A DNA stretch of 64,000 nucleotides from Candidatus Latescibacterota bacterium (GTDB lineage: Bacteria; Latescibacterota; UBA2968), in NCBI GenBank assembly GCA_965204745.1, contig OZ242010.1, forward strand, positions 1,568,001 to 1,632,000, in the 5' to 3' direction. Positions 47,862 through 58,311 of the stretch are shown here, in pieces. The first letter of the stretch is position 1. Each line of letters starts with the position of its first letter. The translations under genes were made by a program, and so were the position numbers. A model generated the notes under the pieces. It saw nothing but the letters and a program-made list of their open reading frames with translations, had not been told where the DNA came from and searched no databases.

Positions 47862-47930
47862 TTTAGCCACAAAAGGCGACAGCCAGTTCAAAGGCGAATT
47901 AGCCACAAAAGGCACAAAAACACAAAAGGC
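47862..47930. repeat. Family-B intergenic repeat (ttagccacaaaaggcacaaaaacacaaaag)
   Basis: Same module as at 5658, ~15142 and 26150. Confidence 0.7.
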
Positions 47931-48248
47931 GAATGTCATCCTGCAAGTGCTCTCGCAAAACCCCTCCGATCAAGCCATCACGCACAGCGCGTAAGTCCGT
48001 CTCGCAACCAATGTCCATATTGCAACCCACCTTGCAGGCTGGCGTATATCGTTCTGTTACAAAAGCGATTTGCGCTGTGCAAGCCTCTCGGCGTTTGAGA
48101 GCGGCATTTTTTGCTTACTTTTTTTTGCTGTTGAAAAAAAGTAAGTCGCCGAAGGCATCAAAGGCAACCAACGAGGCTGTAGGACCAAACGCCTTAAATG
48201 AGCAAGCAACACATTTTTTAATCTGTGCATAACGTGAAAAAAAATAAA

Positions 48249-50477
48249 ATGTCAACACGACCTAATATGACAGCAGGGATTACGCCGGGGGCGCGGTTGA
48301 TGGATCGCGCGGGGCGATGGGTGATCACCGCGGGTGGGATTGGGGTGATCCTGTCGGTGCTCGGCATTTTTTTGTTCGTGTTGCTGGAGTCCTATCCCCT
48401 GTTTTTGAAGCCGAGTGTGTCGCAGGCACGGGTTTTTGATTTTTCGCATCGACAACCGGTTTTGGGCACTGGGGTCGATCCCTACCGGGTCGTGATGTTT
48501 GTGGTGCATGAGACCGGGGTTGATTTTGTGGATGTGAATACGCAGTCCCTGCTCGCGTCCGTGTCGCCCGCAGAGTTGCAGGGCAGGCGCGTGCGCTCGG
48601 CGTATCGCGGGTTGCACAATACGCACATCGGCTTGGGGTTGGACGACGGGTCGATGCTCGGCTGCCGCGTGGCGTACAAGGTGGCTTACGATGCGGATGG
48701 CAAGCGGCTTGTGACGCCGTCTTTTGCTGTGGAATCCTCGATGAAATTAGCGGATGACGCGCTGGAGCAGATCGTTTTTCGGCACGATGGGCGCGTGCGG
48801 GGAACTGCGCTGGGCATCGCGGCGTCTGGGCAACTCGTTTTGGGCGTTTCCGAGACGCGGCGCGGTTTGTTGGGCGGGGGCAAGACGACGGTGCGTACAC
48901 ACGATTTGACGGCGGATATCAAGGGGCGGGCCACTGCCGGGGCCGTGACAAGGAAGGGACGCTACGTGCTGGTGGGCACGGACCGGGGCGAGGTGTTTCG
49001 GTGGGAAATGGGCCGCGCGGGGGCCGCGCCCAACTTGTTGGATCACTTTCGCGTGTCGGATCGAGCGGTGACTGCGTTGGATTTTTTGTTGGGCGATGTG
49101 TCGCTCACGGTGGGCGACGCGGGTGGGCGCGTCTCCACGTGGATGCCGGTCAGGATGCGCGAGGCCGACAACAAGCGGACGTTTAAGAAGATTCACACCT
49201 TAGCGTCGCATGCAACAGCGGTGATGGGATTTTCGGCGTCTGCGCGGGACAAGCAATTTTTGTCCGGCGACGCACAGGGCGGGGTCGCCTTGCACCACAT
49301 GACGTCTGAACAGACGTTTGTGCAGTTGCCCGGCACTGGCGCCCCCGTGCAGGCGATGGCGTTCACGCCCAAGGCAAATGGCTTTTTGACCGTGGCAAAG
49401 TCCGGGCAGGTGGTGGCGTTCGACCTGCACAATCCGCATCCGGAAGTGACGTTGCAAACGCTGTTTGGCAAGGTGTGGTACGAGGGCTATACCGAGGCGC
49501 AACACGTCTGGCAATCCACGGGCGGGTCAGATGATTTTGAACCCAAGTTGGGCATTGTCCCCTTGGTGTTTGGCACGTTTAAGGGCACGCTGTACGCGAT
49601 GTTGTTCGCGTTGCCGCTGGCGATTCTCGCGGCGATTTACACGGCTGAATTTGCGTCTCCCAACGTGCGAAATTTGGTCAAGCCGGCGGTGGAGTTGATG
49701 GCGTCGTTGCCGAGTGTGATTTTGGGCTTTTTGGCCGGCTTGTGGTTGGCGCCGATGCTGGAGACGCGGGTGGTCGGCGCGCTGTTGTTGTTGCCATTTG
49801 TGCCCGTCGTGATCGTGGTCGGCGCGTGGGCATGGGGGCAAGTGTCGGATGAGTTTGCGCGGCGCGTGCCGGATCATTGGATTCTCGCACTGCTATCGGG
49901 CATCGCGTTGCTCGCGCTGTATTTGTCCTTCGCGCTCGGCCCGGCTGTGGAGTCGCTGTTTTTCGGGGGCAATTTTCAACGCTGGTTGCTCGGCTCGACG
50001 GGCACGCGCTACGATCAGCGCAACTGTCTGGTGGTGGGCTTTGCCATGGGCTTTGCGGTGGTGCCCATTATTTACACGATTTGCGAAGACGCGCTGTCGA
50101 GCGTGCCACAGCATTTGCGCGCGGGGTCCCTCGCGCTTGGGGCAACGCCGTGGCAAACCGCGATTCGCGTGGTGGTGCCCACGGCGAGTCCGGGAATTTT
50201 TTCCGCGACGATGATCGGGTTTGGGCGCGCGGTGGGCGAGACGATGATCGTGTTGATGGCCACGGGCAATACGCCCATTTTGGATTGGACGATTTTTAAT
50301 GGCATGCGGACGATGTCGGCCAATATCGCGGTGGAGATTCCCGAGGCGCCGCACGAAGGCACGCTGTACCGCGTGTTGTTTTTGACCGGGGTGTTGCTGG
50401 CGGGCATCACGTTTTTGGTCAATACCCTGGCCGAGGTGGTGCGGCAACGGCTACGCGAGAAGTACAGCCGAATTTGA
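48249..50477 (+). CDS. pstC: Phosphate ABC permease PstC with large beta-propeller-like extracytoplasmic insertion
   Basis: WQSTGGSDDFEPK, ELMASLPSVILGF, EDALSSVP, GRAVGETMIVLMATGN. Confidence 0.92.
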   Translation: MSTRPNMTAGITPGARLMDRAGRWVITAGGIGVILSVLGIFLFVLLESYPLFLKPSVSQARVFDFSHRQPVLGTGVDPYRVVMFVVHETGVDFVDVNTQSLLASVSPAELQGRRVRSAYRGLHNTHIGLGLDDGSMLGCRVAYKVAYDADGKRLVTPSFAVESSMKLADDALEQIVFRHDGRVRGTALGIAASGQLVLGVSETRRGLLGGGKTTVRTHDLTADIKGRATAGAVTRKGRYVLVGTDRGEVFRWEMGRAGAAPNLLDHFRVSDRAVTALDFLLGDVSLTVGDAGGRVSTWMPVRMREADNKRTFKKIHTLASHATAVMGFSASARDKQFLSGDAQGGVALHHMTSEQTFVQLPGTGAPVQAMAFTPKANGFLTVAKSGQVVAFDLHNPHPEVTLQTLFGKVWYEGYTEAQHVWQSTGGSDDFEPKLGIVPLVFGTFKGTLYAMLFALPLAILAAIYTAEFASPNVRNLVKPAVELMASLPSVILGFLAGLWLAPMLETRVVGALLLLPFVPVVIVVGAWAWGQVSDEFARRVPDHWILALLSGIALLALYLSFALGPAVESLFFGGNFQRWLLGSTGTRYDQRNCLVVGFAMGFAVVPIIYTICEDALSSVPQHLRAGSLALGATPWQTAIRVVVPTASPGIFSATMIGFGRAVGETMIVLMATGNTPILDWTIFNGMRTMSANIAVEIPEAPHEGTLYRVLFLTGVLLAGITFLVNTLAEVVRQRLREKYSRI

Positions 50478-52099
50478 CGGTGGAGATGGATGTGCGGAAT
50501 TTACCGATTTGGAAAACGGGCGTGCCGTTTATTTGGTTGACCGGGGGCGCGCTGGCGATTTGTCTGCTGATGATCACGGGGCTGGTCGCGCTGGTTTTGT
50601 ACAATGGCACCGGGTTTTTCTGGCCGTCGGATATCGAGGCCGTGACGCTCAAAGACGGGCAAAAGGCCATGGGGCAACGGTGGGACGAGCAGGAGATTCC
50701 CGCGTCGAGCCGAACCGGGTCCGGCCGCTTTCGCATTCAACTCAAGGTGGGCAACCGCGACGTGTACGGCAGCGATTTTCGGTGGATCGACGAAGCGGAT
50801 ATTCAGGACGCGCAGCATCCCAAAGACGCGGTGGTTTTCGAGCGGCGCGAGTGGGGCAATTTTTACGGGTTTATCAACGCGCTGTACGAAGGGGAGGCCA
50901 GGGTGTCGCACACCTGGGATGCGTTGCAAGGCCAACTGGAGAAGACGCACGCCTTGCACGCGCAGATCAGGGCAATTGAAGAAGACGCGATTGGGGACGT
51001 GAACCGGGAAATTGAAGCCCTGCGCCTCGAGAAGCGCGAGATCGAGTTGCGCGGCGGCAATGCCGATGCCATAGCCGCGATAGACCGGGCGGGCGAGACG
51101 CATTGGGCGCGGTACGAACAACTGGCCGATCAACTCGCGCAGTTGCGCGCGGCCAACGAGCGGTATCGCGTGGAGGTGCGGCTCATCGGCGGGGAAGTGC
51201 GGCAGATCGCCACCGCGGATATTGTGCGCGCCCATCGGCCCAACCGGTTGGGGCTAGGCGGCAAGGTGGGCGTTTATTTGGATCGCGTGGGCGAGTTTTT
51301 GTTCGATGAACCCCGCGAGTCCAATACCGAGGGGGGGATTTTCCCCGCGATTTTCGGCACGGTGATGATGGTGTTTTTGATGAGTTTGGCGGCTGTGCCA
51401 TTTGGGATTTTGGCCGCGCTCTATTTGCGCGAATACGCCCGGCAGGGCACGTTGGTGCGCCTGATTCGCATCGCGGTGAACAATTTGGCCGGCGTGCCTT
51501 CTATCGTTTTTGGGATGTTCGGGCTCGGGTTTTTCGTGTACGGCATTGGCGGGAGCATCGATCAACTCTTTTTCGCCGAGGCATTGCCCACGCCCACTTA
51601 TGGCACGGGCGGCATTTTGTGGGCATCGCTGACGCTGGCGCTGTTGACGGTGCCGGTGATGATCGTTTCCTCAGAAGAGGCCCTGTCCGCTGTGCCGAGC
51701 GATGTGCGCGCGGGGTCATTGGCACTGGGGGCGACGAAGTTGCAGACGATTTTGCGCGTGGTGCTACCGGGCGCGTTGCCGGGCATTCTCACGGGCATTA
51801 TCCTCGTGATTGCGCGCGGCGCGGGCGAGGTGGCGCCGCTGATGATTACCGGCGTCGTGAAATTGGCCCCCGCGCTGCCGGTGGATGGGATTTGGCCCTT
51901 TTTTCACCTCGAGCGCAAGTTTATGCACTTGGGCTTTCACATTTACGACGTGGGGTTTCAGTCGCCCAATGTCGAGGCGGCCCGGCCAATGGTGTACACG
52001 ACGACCCTGTTGCTGATGGGCATTGTGCTGGCGTTGAATCTGGTGGCGATTCTGGTTCGCAATCGCCTCCGCAGACGCGCGGGCGGGCCGACATTTTGA
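50474..52099 (+). CDS. pstA: Phosphate ABC permease PstA (long form)
   Basis: PRESNTEGGIFPAIFGT, NLAGVPSIVFG, ARGAGEVAPL. Confidence 0.93.
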   Translation: MTVEMDVRNLPIWKTGVPFIWLTGGALAICLLMITGLVALVLYNGTGFFWPSDIEAVTLKDGQKAMGQRWDEQEIPASSRTGSGRFRIQLKVGNRDVYGSDFRWIDEADIQDAQHPKDAVVFERREWGNFYGFINALYEGEARVSHTWDALQGQLEKTHALHAQIRAIEEDAIGDVNREIEALRLEKREIELRGGNADAIAAIDRAGETHWARYEQLADQLAQLRAANERYRVEVRLIGGEVRQIATADIVRAHRPNRLGLGGKVGVYLDRVGEFLFDEPRESNTEGGIFPAIFGTVMMVFLMSLAAVPFGILAALYLREYARQGTLVRLIRIAVNNLAGVPSIVFGMFGLGFFVYGIGGSIDQLFFAEALPTPTYGTGGILWASLTLALLTVPVMIVSSEEALSAVPSDVRAGSLALGATKLQTILRVVLPGALPGILTGIILVIARGAGEVAPLMITGVVKLAPALPVDGIWPFFHLERKFMHLGFHIYDVGFQSPNVEAARPMVYTTTLLLMGIVLALNLVAILVRNRLRRRAGGPTF

Positions 52100-52159
52100 A
52101 AGGCGAAATAGGAGCGCGGTGGACTGACCACTGACAACTGCCTTTAAGAAGGAATCGCG

Positions 52160-52972
52160 ATGGCCGCAGAATCCGTTCGGGATGGTGAAAACACACGGAC
52201 CGTTATGCCAGATATTCGGAATCCGATTGTCAAGGTGTCGAATCTGAATTTGTACTACGGCGAGACGCAGGCACTTTTTGAGATTGACCTTCGGATTCCC
52301 GAACACCGGGTAACGGCGTTTATCGGGCCTTCTGGATGCGGGAAATCCACGCTTTTGCGGTGCATGAACCGGCTGAACGATTTGATCGATTCGGTGCGGA
52401 TCGAGGGCGTAGTTGAAATTGACGATGACGATATTTACAGCGCGGGCTACGATGTGATTTCGCTGCGCCGGCGCGTGGGGATGGTGTTTCAAAAGTCCAA
52501 TCCCTTTCCCAAGTCGATTTACGAGAACTTGGTGTACGGATTGCGGATTGCGGGTGAAAATCGGCGGCCCATGCTCGATGAAGTGGTGGAGCGGAGTTTG
52601 CGCGCGGCCGCGCTTTGGGACGAGGTGAAGGATCGGTTGGACAGCAGCGCGCTGGGGCTTTCGGGCGGGCAACAGCAGCGGTTGTGTATTGCGCGCGCGA
52701 TAGCGGTCGAGCCTTCGGTGATTTTGATGGACGAGCCGTGTTCCGCGCTGGATCCGATTGCGACAGGGCGCATTGAGGAAACCATAGAAGAGCTCAAGAG
52801 GGATTATACGATTGTGATCGTGACGCACAACATGCAACAGGCGTCTCGCATTTCGGATTATACGGCGTTTTTCTATTTGGGGCGTTTGATCGAAATGGCC
52901 GAAACGAGCGATATGTTCACCAATCCACAACGCAAACAGACCGAGGATTACGTGACGGGTCGGTTTGGCTAA
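52160..52972 (+). CDS. pstB: Phosphate ABC ATPase
   Basis: [44 protein letters not shown]. Confidence 0.97.
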   Translation: MAAESVRDGENTRTVMPDIRNPIVKVSNLNLYYGETQALFEIDLRIPEHRVTAFIGPSGCGKSTLLRCMNRLNDLIDSVRIEGVVEIDDDDIYSAGYDVISLRRRVGMVFQKSNPFPKSIYENLVYGLRIAGENRRPMLDEVVERSLRAAALWDEVKDRLDSSALGLSGGQQQRLCIARAIAVEPSVILMDEPCSALDPIATGRIEETIEELKRDYTIVIVTHNMQQASRISDYTAFFYLGRLIEMAETSDMFTNPQRKQTEDYVTGRFG

Positions 52973-52987
52973 GAACGGGAGTCAGGT

Positions 52988-53671
52988 ATGGAGCGCACAC
53001 TCGACCAGCACCTCGACCACCTCAAGGGCGAGTTGTTGAAGATGGGCAGCGCGGTGGAAGAATCCATCGAACAGGCGGTGCAATCGCTTGTCGACCGCGA
53101 CAATCGCCTCGCGGATGTGGTTGAAGAAGGCGGGCATCACATTGACGCCTGGGAAGTGGCGATTGAAGAGGAGTGTTTGAAATTGCTGGCCGTGCAACAG
53201 CCCGTGGCCAGTGATTTGCGCTTGGTGGCGGGCATTATGAAGATCAATTACGATCTCGAGCGCATCAATGATCAAGCGGTGAATATCGCGCAACGCGCGC
53301 GCTTGCTCAATCAGATGCCGCAGCTAAAACCCCTGATCGATATTCCGCGCATGGCCGAGTTGGCGCGGCGCATGGTGAAGAATGCCCTCGATGCGTTTGT
53401 CAACCGGGATGTGGCATTGGCGAATGAGGTGCGGCGCATTGACGATACCGTAGATGCGTTGCGCGATCAGATTTTCCGCGAGTTGCTGACCTATCTCAAC
53501 ACGGGCGTACCTTCGACGGTGGATCAGGCGATTTTGCTCATTCTCGTGTCGCGGCATTTGGAGCGCATCGGCGATCATTCGTCCAATATCGCGGAAAATG
53601 TGGTCTATCTCGTGCAGGGGCGCATCGTGCGGCATCAACAGGCGAAATTGCGTGCGGAGAGTGAGAGTTAG
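52988..53671 (+). CDS. phoU: Phosphate signalling protein PhoU
   Basis: QQPVASDLR, DLERINDQAVNIA, LERIGDHSSNIAE. Confidence 0.95.
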   Translation: MERTLDQHLDHLKGELLKMGSAVEESIEQAVQSLVDRDNRLADVVEEGGHHIDAWEVAIEEECLKLLAVQQPVASDLRLVAGIMKINYDLERINDQAVNIAQRARLLNQMPQLKPLIDIPRMAELARRMVKNALDAFVNRDVALANEVRRIDDTVDALRDQIFRELLTYLNTGVPSTVDQAILLILVSRHLERIGDHSSNIAENVVYLVQGRIVRHQQAKLRAESES

Positions 53672-53859
53672 TGCGCTCGTCACGCGGTTATTGTATCGCG
53701 ATTGGCACAGGAGGTTTTCTCCCGCTTGGGAACCGGTCTTTGACCCGGTTCCCATTTTTTTGCCCGAATTTGGTTCGGGCTTTTTCGTTGACCGAAAATA
53801 AATCCCGGTGTATTTTGTGGTTTGAGAGTTGTGTCCTGAAAACAAAATGGTTGATTTCC

Positions 53860-54378
53860 TTGTCCAATCGTCTAAAATCCAAAGCCTGGTTTTGCGAGCG
53901 GTGCGGTGCCCCATTGGTTTCAAAAGTCGTTGAAGGCACGGACAGGCCGTGTTGTCCCGCGTGTGGGTTTGTGGCCTATCTCGATCCCAAAGTGGCGGCC
54001 GGGGTGATCGTTACCCTCGCTGATGGCGTGGTGTTGCTCAAGCGCAATATCGAACCCGGGTTTGGCAAGTGGGTGTTTCCGGGCGGATATGTGGATGCGG
54101 GCGAGCCGCCCGAGGTGGCGGCTGTGCGCGAGGCCCGCGAGGAGGCGGGCTTAGAGGTCGAGGTGGAGGACTTGCTCGGGGTGTTTTCTATCGAAGGGGA
54201 GCGCGTGGTGCTGATCGCGTATGCAGGGCGGGTCATGGGCGGAACGTTGGCGGGCAATTTTGAATCGCAAGCCGTGGCGACATTTGCCCCCGAGGATATT
54301 CCGTGGGACGACTTGGCTTTTCACACCACCGAAGCAGCATTAAAAATCTGGGCGCGCAGGCATGGCGCGATGCCCTGA
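53860..54378 (+). CDS. NUDIX hydrolase with N-terminal zinc ribbon (start uncertain)
   Basis: FCERCG...CPACG; GGYVDAGEPPEVAAVREAREEAGL Nudix box. Confidence 0.85.
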   Translation: MSNRLKSKAWFCERCGAPLVSKVVEGTDRPCCPACGFVAYLDPKVAAGVIVTLADGVVLLKRNIEPGFGKWVFPGGYVDAGEPPEVAAVREAREEAGLEVEVEDLLGVFSIEGERVVLIAYAGRVMGGTLAGNFESQAVATFAPEDIPWDDLAFHTTEAALKIWARRHGAMP

Positions 54379-54393
54379 CTGGCACGGAGAAAG

Positions 54394-55323
54394 GTGATCA
54401 TGCTCAATTCCATCGAAGAGGTCGAGAAGCGGTTTGCCGAGCAGGGGTACATTACGGACCGCACGTTGGCAACGACGATTTTTTTGGCGCAGTCGCTTGG
54501 CAAACCGATTTTTTTGGAGGGCGAACCCGGGGTTGGAAAGACCGAGGTGGCGAAGGTCATGGCGGGTATTTTTGACACGGAGTTGATTCGGTTGCAGTGT
54601 TATGAGGGCATCGATGCCAATACCGCGTTGTACGAGTGGAATTACCCGCGCCAGATGCTGGAGTTGCGCCTCGAGGAAGCGCGGGGTATTGACAAGGCCA
54701 AAATCGGTCAGAATATTTTCCGCGAGGAATTTTTGCTCAAGCGGCCCTTGTTGTCCGCGCTCGAGGGCAGTGCGAATCAGCAACGGGTGTTGTTGATCGA
54801 CGAGGTGGATCGGTCAGACGAGGAGTTCGAGGCGTTTTTGCTGGAAGTGCTGTCCGATTTTCAGATTACGATTCCCGAGATCGGCGCGATTCGGGCGATG
54901 AATGTGCCGTTTGTGGTGCTGACGTCCAATCGCACGCGGGAGTTGCACGACGCGCTGAAGCGGCGGTGTTTGTATTTGTGGATCGACTATCCCTCGTTTG
55001 ACAAGGAAATGGATATCGTGCGGTCGCGCGTGGCCGGCGTGCAAGACGAGTTGGCAGAACAGGTTTGTGGGTTTATGCAGTTGTTGCGGAACCGGGATTT
55101 TTACAAGAAGCCCGGAGTCGCCGAGACGATTGACTGGGCACTGGCGTTGATGGCGATGAAAATCGAGGAACTGGATCCGCAAACCGTGGATGCGACGTTG
55201 GGATGCGTTTTGAAGTACAAGGAAGATATCGAGAAAATTCAGGAAGATGGCTTGCCACAACTCATCGAAAAGGCGCGGTTGCTGAAAGAGCAGGCGCAGG
55301 TGGATGGGGCGAAAGCGTTTTGA
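54394..55323 (+). CDS. MoxR-family AAA+ ATPase (CoxD-like)
   Basis: GEPGVGKT, RLQCYEG, LLIDEVDR, TSNRTRELHDALKRRC. Confidence 0.92.
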   Translation: MIMLNSIEEVEKRFAEQGYITDRTLATTIFLAQSLGKPIFLEGEPGVGKTEVAKVMAGIFDTELIRLQCYEGIDANTALYEWNYPRQMLELRLEEARGIDKAKIGQNIFREEFLLKRPLLSALEGSANQQRVLLIDEVDRSDEEFEAFLLEVLSDFQITIPEIGAIRAMNVPFVVLTSNRTRELHDALKRRCLYLWIDYPSFDKEMDIVRSRVAGVQDELAEQVCGFMQLLRNRDFYKKPGVAETIDWALALMAMKIEELDPQTVDATLGCVLKYKEDIEKIQEDGLPQLIEKARLLKEQAQVDGAKAF

Positions 55324-55368
55324 GTTCAGGCGACCTATTCCCTGCGGGGAAGGTCGGTGGGAGAGGAT

Positions 55369-56505
55369 ATGTCAAAAACCATGCTGGGGCGGGTGGTCGG
55401 TTTTTCGCGGGCATTGCACAGCGCGGGCGTAGAGGTCAACGCGGGCAATTTGATCGATTTGTGCGATAGTTTTCGCTATATCGACCTGCACAATCGGCCC
55501 GATTTTTACGCTGCCGCGCGCGCGACGCTCGTGTCGCGCTTCGACGATTTGGAGACGTTTGACGCGGTTTTTAAGGCGTTTTGGGCGCGGCCCGTTTTGC
55601 CCGACGATCTGACGTTGACGGATACAGAGGCCGGGGGCGATCCGGATCTCGATGTTCAAGCCGATGTCGACGAGGTGGTGGATACCGCGGATTTGCAGGA
55701 GGAGGCCGAGGGGGAAGGCGAGTCCGAGGAGGTGGGGTATAGCCCGGACGAGGCCCTGATGGCAAAGGACTTGGCCGCGATGTCGGATCGAGAGATCGAG
55801 CAGGCCCGCAAGGTGATCCACGAAATTGTGAACATCATCGCCAACCGGCGCAGCCGCAGGCGCGTGCCCGAGAACCGAGGGGCCGAGTTGGATTTCAGGC
55901 GCACCTGGCGGCGCAACGCGCTGTACGGTTCGGATGGCGTGGCATTGATGATGAAGCGGCGGCGCATCAAGAAGACGAAGTTGATGTTGCTGTGCGATGT
56001 GAGCGGGTCGATGGACTGTTACAGCCGGTTTTTGATCCGGTTTATCTACGCGCTCAAGCGCGAAATCCGCGATGTGGAGGTGGGGGTGTTTTCCACGCGG
56101 ATGACCGCCATTTCGCGCTTGCTGAAAACAAAGGGCATCGAGGAATCGCTCGTAGAGGTGGCCGAGACGGTTCACGACTGGGCCGGGGGCACGGATATCG
56201 GCGGGTGTTTGCGCGAGTTCAACGACCGGTTTGCGCGCGATATGTTGCACTCGCGCACCGTGATGATCATCGTGAGCGATGGCTGGGATAGGGGCAACCC
56301 GGATCTGATGCGGCAAGAGATGACGCGCCTGCGGAAGCGCGTCCACAAGTTGCTGTGGCTCAATCCGCTTTTGGGCACGCCTGGGTATCAACCCCTCTGC
56401 TTGGGCATGAAAACCGCGTTGCCCTATCTGGACTATTTTTTGCCCGCACACAATTTGGAAAGCCTGATCCAACTCGCCCGCACCCTGCGGTCTGTTTGGA
56501 AATAG
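55369..56505 (+). CDS. VWA-domain CoxE-like protein
   Basis: DVSGSM (MIDAS), FSTR, WAGGTDIG, SDGWDRG, WLNPL. Confidence 0.92.
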   Translation: MSKTMLGRVVGFSRALHSAGVEVNAGNLIDLCDSFRYIDLHNRPDFYAAARATLVSRFDDLETFDAVFKAFWARPVLPDDLTLTDTEAGGDPDLDVQADVDEVVDTADLQEEAEGEGESEEVGYSPDEALMAKDLAAMSDREIEQARKVIHEIVNIIANRRSRRRVPENRGAELDFRRTWRRNALYGSDGVALMMKRRRIKKTKLMLLCDVSGSMDCYSRFLIRFIYALKREIRDVEVGVFSTRMTAISRLLKTKGIEESLVEVAETVHDWAGGTDIGGCLREFNDRFARDMLHSRTVMIIVSDGWDRGNPDLMRQEMTRLRKRVHKLLWLNPLLGTPGYQPLCLGMKTALPYLDYFLPAHNLESLIQLARTLRSVWK

Positions 56506-56524
56506 CCGCTCGCCGGAGGCCGAT

Positions 56525-57508
56525 ATGAAGAACAACCCCCTGCCAAGGCTTGACGCATCGCGGCACATAAGGGATGAACTGCTTCCACATTGTCGCCTCC
56601 AACCCGGCGAAATCTGGATCGACAGGGTTCGCGGGCACCGCGTTGGGTGTCTCGATGTTGCCGATAGCAACGCAGTGCAAACCCTCATGGACGGGGAACG
56701 GGCGCGACTGGCGATTCACGACCCGCCGTATAACCTCGCCGCATTTGAACTGCGGTCAATCGCGGAGTTTATCAACTGGTGTCGAAACTGGGTATCCCAC
56801 ACGGATGCCGCGTTGGCGCGCGATTCATCCCTCTATGTTTGGCTAGGGGCCGATCAAAACGAGGGGTTTCAGCCCTTGCCGGATTTTGTGCTCATGATGC
56901 GCGATCATCCATTTCGCCCGCGCAGCTTGATTACCATGCGGAATCAACGCGGCTATGGCACGCAGAAAAACTGGATGGCGATTCGACAAGAATTGCTCTA
57001 TTACATCAAAGGAAATCCGATCTTCAATGTCGATGCGGAATACACCGACATTCCGAAGATCCTCCGCGGATACTACAAAGAAGTCAACGGAAAGAAGATG
57101 GAGAATTTCGAAAGGAGTCGTTCCAATACGATTCGAGCGGGGAATGTTTGGGTTGACATCCAGCAGGTCTTTTATCGGATGGAGGAAAATGTCTCTGGCT
57201 GCTACGCGCAAAAGCCCATAAAGTGCATTGATCGAATCATTCGCGCGAGTTCAATCCCCGACGATCTGGTGATCGACTTTTTCGCGCACTCGGGAACCAC
57301 CTTGCTCGCATCCGAGATCCTCAACCGCAGATGTTTCACGACGGATATCGATCCCATTTATGCCGAGATTGCCATTCGCCGCCTCGAGCGATTCCGCGCA
57401 ACAGGGCGAATGGGATGGCAAAATGGGCATCCTTTTGAAAGCGATGCGCCCGACATCGGGCTTTCTCCAAAACGCCAACCCAAAAAGATGCAAAGAACTT
57501 TGTTTTAA
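56525..57508 (+). CDS. DNA N4-C/N6-A methyltransferase (beta class)
   Basis: DPPY near the N-terminus, QKP, DFFAHSGTT near the C-terminus. Confidence 0.9.
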   Translation: MKNNPLPRLDASRHIRDELLPHCRLQPGEIWIDRVRGHRVGCLDVADSNAVQTLMDGERARLAIHDPPYNLAAFELRSIAEFINWCRNWVSHTDAALARDSSLYVWLGADQNEGFQPLPDFVLMMRDHPFRPRSLITMRNQRGYGTQKNWMAIRQELLYYIKGNPIFNVDAEYTDIPKILRGYYKEVNGKKMENFERSRSNTIRAGNVWVDIQQVFYRMEENVSGCYAQKPIKCIDRIIRASSIPDDLVIDFFAHSGTTLLASEILNRRCFTTDIDPIYAEIAIRRLERFRATGRMGWQNGHPFESDAPDIGLSPKRQPKKMQRTLF

Positions 57509-57513
57509 GCCCT

Positions 57514-58245
57514 ATGGAATACCTCCAAGAACAACTCGACTCGTTACTCGCACAACTACCCAATGAGGACGAAATTCGAGATCGAATCAACTCTCTCGTG
57601 TCGGTTTATCCTTTCAATGAATACGAGTACATCATCTCCACATTGCTCGCTATGGATGTTCTGACGCTGGATGGCTATTGCGAATTGCGCGACAATTACA
57701 TCGACAGGAATCTTTACCTCTACATTTTTGAAATCAGCGCGCCCCGTTCCTTTGGAGAGGCTTGGGCACAAGGCCACTTGAAGGAACTCATCCCCGCTCT
57801 CCAAAAACCGTCAAAGAAAATCGATCCAAACTACTCGGGTCAATACGATCTCTATCTCGATGGGATCCGCATTGAAGTCAAAGCATCTCGCGCAGTTGAT
57901 GCAACTATGGACGCGCCACTTTACGTCAAAGCTCTGGCCTCGGATTCGGACAAGGAGTTTTGGATGAATTTTCAACAGGTGAAGCCGAGTTGTTGCGATG
58001 TATTTGTGTGGGTTGCCGTGTGGCGCGATGTCATTCGGTATTGGGTACTGTCTTCAAGCGAAGTCGAAACGAACCCGTATTATTCCAAAGGGCAACACCG
58101 CGGCAATATCGGGGAAGGGCAACTTCACATGAGGCATGATAACATTCGGGATTTCGTGCGTTACGAAGTGAAGCCCAACAAACTGGAAGAAGCAATTCGC
58201 GCAGCATTTGATCGACAAACCCAAGGAAAAGCCGCGCATAGTTGA
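57514..58245 (+). CDS. Putative type II restriction endonuclease (PD-(D/E)XK)
   Basis: FGE...YDLYLDGIRIEVKASR; NFQQVKP; starts 5 nt after the MTase stop. Confidence 0.7.
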   Translation: MEYLQEQLDSLLAQLPNEDEIRDRINSLVSVYPFNEYEYIISTLLAMDVLTLDGYCELRDNYIDRNLYLYIFEISAPRSFGEAWAQGHLKELIPALQKPSKKIDPNYSGQYDLYLDGIRIEVKASRAVDATMDAPLYVKALASDSDKEFWMNFQQVKPSCCDVFVWVAVWRDVIRYWVLSSSEVETNPYYSKGQHRGNIGEGQLHMRHDNIRDFVRYEVKPNKLEEAIRAAFDRQTQGKAAHS

Positions 58246-58311
58246 GCGAGTCATGCGCTGGGTCCGACTCTGGGTTTCTGGCGATTTTACATTTTTTGAG
58301 TGGGTGATGTC

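Noticed and set aside
48105-48147. Palindrome (c)ttactttttt...aaaaaagtaag between pstS and pstC as a riboswitch
   Set aside because: No recognisable aptamer; more likely a repeat or mRNA-stabilising hairpin
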